IMG/VR virus record: IMGVR_UViG_3300022917_000003
Coordinates: 1 to 45,771 of that record
Strand: one strand, 5' to 3'
From: a virus
Taxonomy: Duplodnaviria > Caudoviricetes
DNA length: 45,771 nt
The notes beneath the pieces were generated by a model. It was given only the letters and a program-made list of their open reading frames with translations. It made no database searches and had not been told where the DNA came from. The position numbers and the translations under genes are program-made. Within the stretch, counting starts at the first letter, position 1. Every line of letters starts with the position of its first letter. Positions 43,594 to 45,771 of the stretch are shown in pieces.

Positions 43594-44199
43594 TTATTTC
43601 CTCATCATCTTTTCACTACGACGTTGTACCTGTGGCTCAGCTTCCAAGGGTTCCACTGCATAAGCAACACCCCGATGAACCGCACGAGAGAATTCGATCA
43701 ACGGATTTACCGAAAGTTCTTTTGTGATTGAACACACCACATTCCAATTGGTGATTTGATCGTAACACTTTTGCACCGCCCAAAGCAATGTGCCTGCCAT
43801 GTTTTGCCCGTGTGGTCCTATGTTTCGGCCCTTCCATTTCTCGCGCAACGTAGACAGCCTGAGCTTTTCCGCCCCACTAATTTCCTTGGTTTCTTCCTTT
43901 TGGGCTAGTTTGGCTATCTCATGAGCAAAAGCCACGTCTCCCGCCGTAATACGCCCAAAAACAGGGTCTTGCACTTCGGCTTCAAACCGAAACTCCAAAT
44001 GCGCGCAATCCTCTACCCGGCCTGAGTTGCGATCTACAATTGATACAATTGCGCTCGCCGAAGCAACCAGCATAATAGGCAAAGAGTGCCGCGCCTGAAA
44101 CCCGAAATTGCCTAGCGTGGTCGCAAGCGTAGGGTCCTTCGTACCGTAAGAAGATTGGTCCTCTGGCGGGGGTTCACTTTGGACGGCAAAAGCACTCAT
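43594..44199 (-). CDS. Hypothetical protein in tail module
   Basis: 201-aa ORF. Confidence 0.6.
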   Translation of the reverse strand: MSAFAVQSEPPPEDQSSYGTKDPTLATTLGNFGFQARHSLPIMLVASASAIVSIVDRNSGRVEDCAHLEFRFEAEVQDPVFGRITAGDVAFAHEIAKLAQKEETKEISGAEKLRLSTLREKWKGRNIGPHGQNMAGTLLWAVQKCYDQITNWNVVCSITKELSVNPLIEFSRAVHRGVAYAVEPLEAEPQVQRRSEKMMRK

Positions 44200-44216
44200 G
44201 AGATTTTTAACTCACC

Positions 44217-44245
44217 GGCTGCCTCGCTTGGTTAGCAAAGCAGCC
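44217..44245 (-). other. Stable hairpin after putative tail tube gene
   Basis: GGCTGCTTTGCT-AACCA-AGCGAGGCAGCC; no U-tract. Confidence 0.45.
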
Positions 44246-44283
44246 AATGCCACGTTTAAGGTTTCGCGGCCTAGTAGTGGAAA

Positions 44284-44652
44284 TTAAATCCCCGCGCTGT
44301 TATTCAGGGTAAAGCCGAACTTGGCCCAATCCCCGCGCGTGTAGCTAGGGTTCGCCTTGGTGCAGATGTAGGACGCGCCTGGGGTCATGTTGTTAGCCCA
44401 CACACCAGCGGGGGGAGTAACGCCGCTGCCCACCGCATAGAGAGCAGCACCAGAGGCATTAGGGCCAAGAATTTCCCCGCTCCATTGGTGATCTGCCATC
44501 ACGTTCTTTGTGAACGCTTGCACGTTCTCCCCGCAAGGGTCAGGAGTCTTCACAAGGTCGCAAGAAATATCAGCGGAATAGCTTTCCGCGTTAAGTCCAA
44601 TGACTGCCCCGACACATCGGGAGAGGAGAGCTAGGGAACCAAAATTAGCCAT
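44284..44652 (-). CDS. Probable tail tube (major tail) protein, minimal size
   Basis: 122-aa beta-type protein after the terminator-like gene, A/C-rich leader, followed by hairpin. Confidence 0.5.
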   Translation of the reverse strand: MANFGSLALLSRCVGAVIGLNAESYSADISCDLVKTPDPCGENVQAFTKNVMADHQWSGEILGPNASGAALYAVGSGVTPPAGVWANNMTPGASYICTKANPSYTRGDWAKFGFTLNNSAGI

Positions 44653-44667
44653 AGTGTTTGGGTGTGT

Positions 44668-45162
44668 TTACGGGTTTAGTGCTACAGCATTAGCATAAGA
44701 TTGAGACATAGCAACAACAGACAACGACCACGCGCACTTATGTTTCTTGTCTTCGGGCGTATCGTCCTTGCCTGTTACCATCACTTCGTAACAGTGAAAG
44801 TCTGGAACAGCCAAACTAAGTTTAGCGGCAAGTAAAGACGTAACCTCATTGCCTGTTCCAACTTGTTGAGCAGAGGAGCTAAACACTTCCTCCATGGCTG
44901 CACAGAGCGCGAGAAACTGTGTGAGTGTGTCGATGCTACGGCGATGCTTCAAACTGATTGAGGCAGTGACTTCCAAGTTGTACACGCCAGAAAACGGGGG
45001 GTTCCCTTCTCCGCGTCTCGCCGTCAAAATCAAGTCTTGGTTAACTAATGGACTATCCTCCGAAGTCCTACGCATGCGGATACGCGACAAGATCGGTTGC
45101 TGCTTTAGCAGTGCAGCAAAAGCATTTTCAGTTTTACGCTCTAGATCAATCGCCGACGTCAT
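44668..45162 (-). CDS. Probable tail terminator protein
   Basis: Synteny and size. Confidence 0.45.
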   Translation of the reverse strand: MTSAIDLERKTENAFAALLKQQPILSRIRMRRTSEDSPLVNQDLILTARRGEGNPPFSGVYNLEVTASISLKHRRSIDTLTQFLALCAAMEEVFSSSAQQVGTGNEVTSLLAAKLSLAVPDFHCYEVMVTGKDDTPEDKKHKCAWSLSVVAMSQSYANAVALNP

Positions 45163-45628
45163 TTTGTGCTTTTTCCAAGAATAAGGTTAATCCCGGGTCG
45201 TTGTCATCGTGCTGCCCAATCATTTCGACAATTTCAAACCCATGCCAAATACCGCCCGCTTGGATTTTGAGGACGTCCCCGCACCGTGGCAAAGTAGTTT
45301 GGAATTGTAGCTTGGCCGCGATAACAGCAATGCGCCCTTGGGGGGTTTCACCACCAGTTTGCAAGTCATCAAGAAACTGTGCATCAGAAAGTGAAACTCT
45401 GATATTGGAGTTGTTCCAACGCGCGGGGGTAGGGGTCCAACCAATTTGCCCTGCCAGCAATCGACCCCTGGCAGCGTTGTCGGCCTGCGTGAGCGTATTG
45501 GCTGGCAAGAGGCTCGCAATGCCCGCTGTGCGGTTATCCGTCAGATTTTCACCCCAGAAGCCGCTAGGGTCATTTGCGTAAGCAGGCGAGGGCTGCTGTG
45601 CGGCTAATGGCTTGTTGCGGCTGCTCAT
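45146..45628 (-). CDS. Probable head-closure/neck protein
   Basis: Likely start ATG 45628 after the terminator; PRCGDVLKI pattern as in head-closure proteins. Confidence 0.45.
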   Translation of the reverse strand: MSSRNKPLAAQQPSPAYANDPSGFWGENLTDNRTAGIASLLPANTLTQADNAARGRLLAGQIGWTPTPARWNNSNIRVSLSDAQFLDDLQTGGETPQGRIAVIAAKLQFQTTLPRCGDVLKIQAGGIWHGFEIVEMIGQHDDNDPGLTLFLEKAQNDVGD

Positions 45629-45644
45629 GTCTTGTGTAGTTAAG

Positions 45645-45771
45645 CAAAAACTCCCGCACCAGTCAATGACCAATACGGGAGCCTCATGAAAAGGTCTTTG
45701 CTTATCCAGTAATCTTGTCGAACTGCGCGCGAAACTCTTCCGCCGTCCCGTCCCAAAACTTGAGCGGGCTT
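45645..45771. repeat. Terminal direct repeat (copy 2)
   Basis: Identical to 1-127. Confidence 0.95.

Overview
This window is an apparently complete, circularly assembled tailed-phage genome of 45,644 bp; bases 1-127 recur exactly at 45645-45771, which fits an assembly overlap. It has two arms. The minus-strand late arm carries terS, a J-domain gene, a lambda GpA-type terL, gpW-like adaptor, lambda-type portal, protease/scaffold, cement and major capsid protein. It continues across the join into the neck/tail genes, a -1 frameshifting tail chaperone, short tape measure, repeat-rich fibres and a lysis cassette. The plus-strand early arm (9.6-30 kb) carries HTH regulators, a DEDD exonuclease, primase-helicase, ParB-like protein, tRNA-Leu(UAA), DUF2800-like nuclease, DUF2815-like SSB, a split family-A DNA polymerase, an IbrB/IbrA-like cassette, VRR-NUC and an SNF2 helicase. 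No integrase was recognised. Most striking observations: (1) four unrelated DNA-transaction proteins end in the same C-terminal peptide (TNYLDEY, TNYLDEY, TNNLDEY, PSNLDSY), suggesting a shared docking tag; (2) an Erv1/Alr-type sulfhydryl oxidase sits inside the tail module; (3) the polymerase is split around a translationally coupled basic ORF and has a DnaJ-type Zn finger in its thumb; (4) a 41-bp perfect inverted repeat and iteron-like array lie at the divergence point; (5) a six-copy CTTG-N10-CAAG promoter/operator element, one copy driving an antisense gene inside the late operon; (6) stand-alone MutS-I-, LigA-Ia- and J-domain-like fragments. All protein family calls are motif recognition by eye, not database searches.
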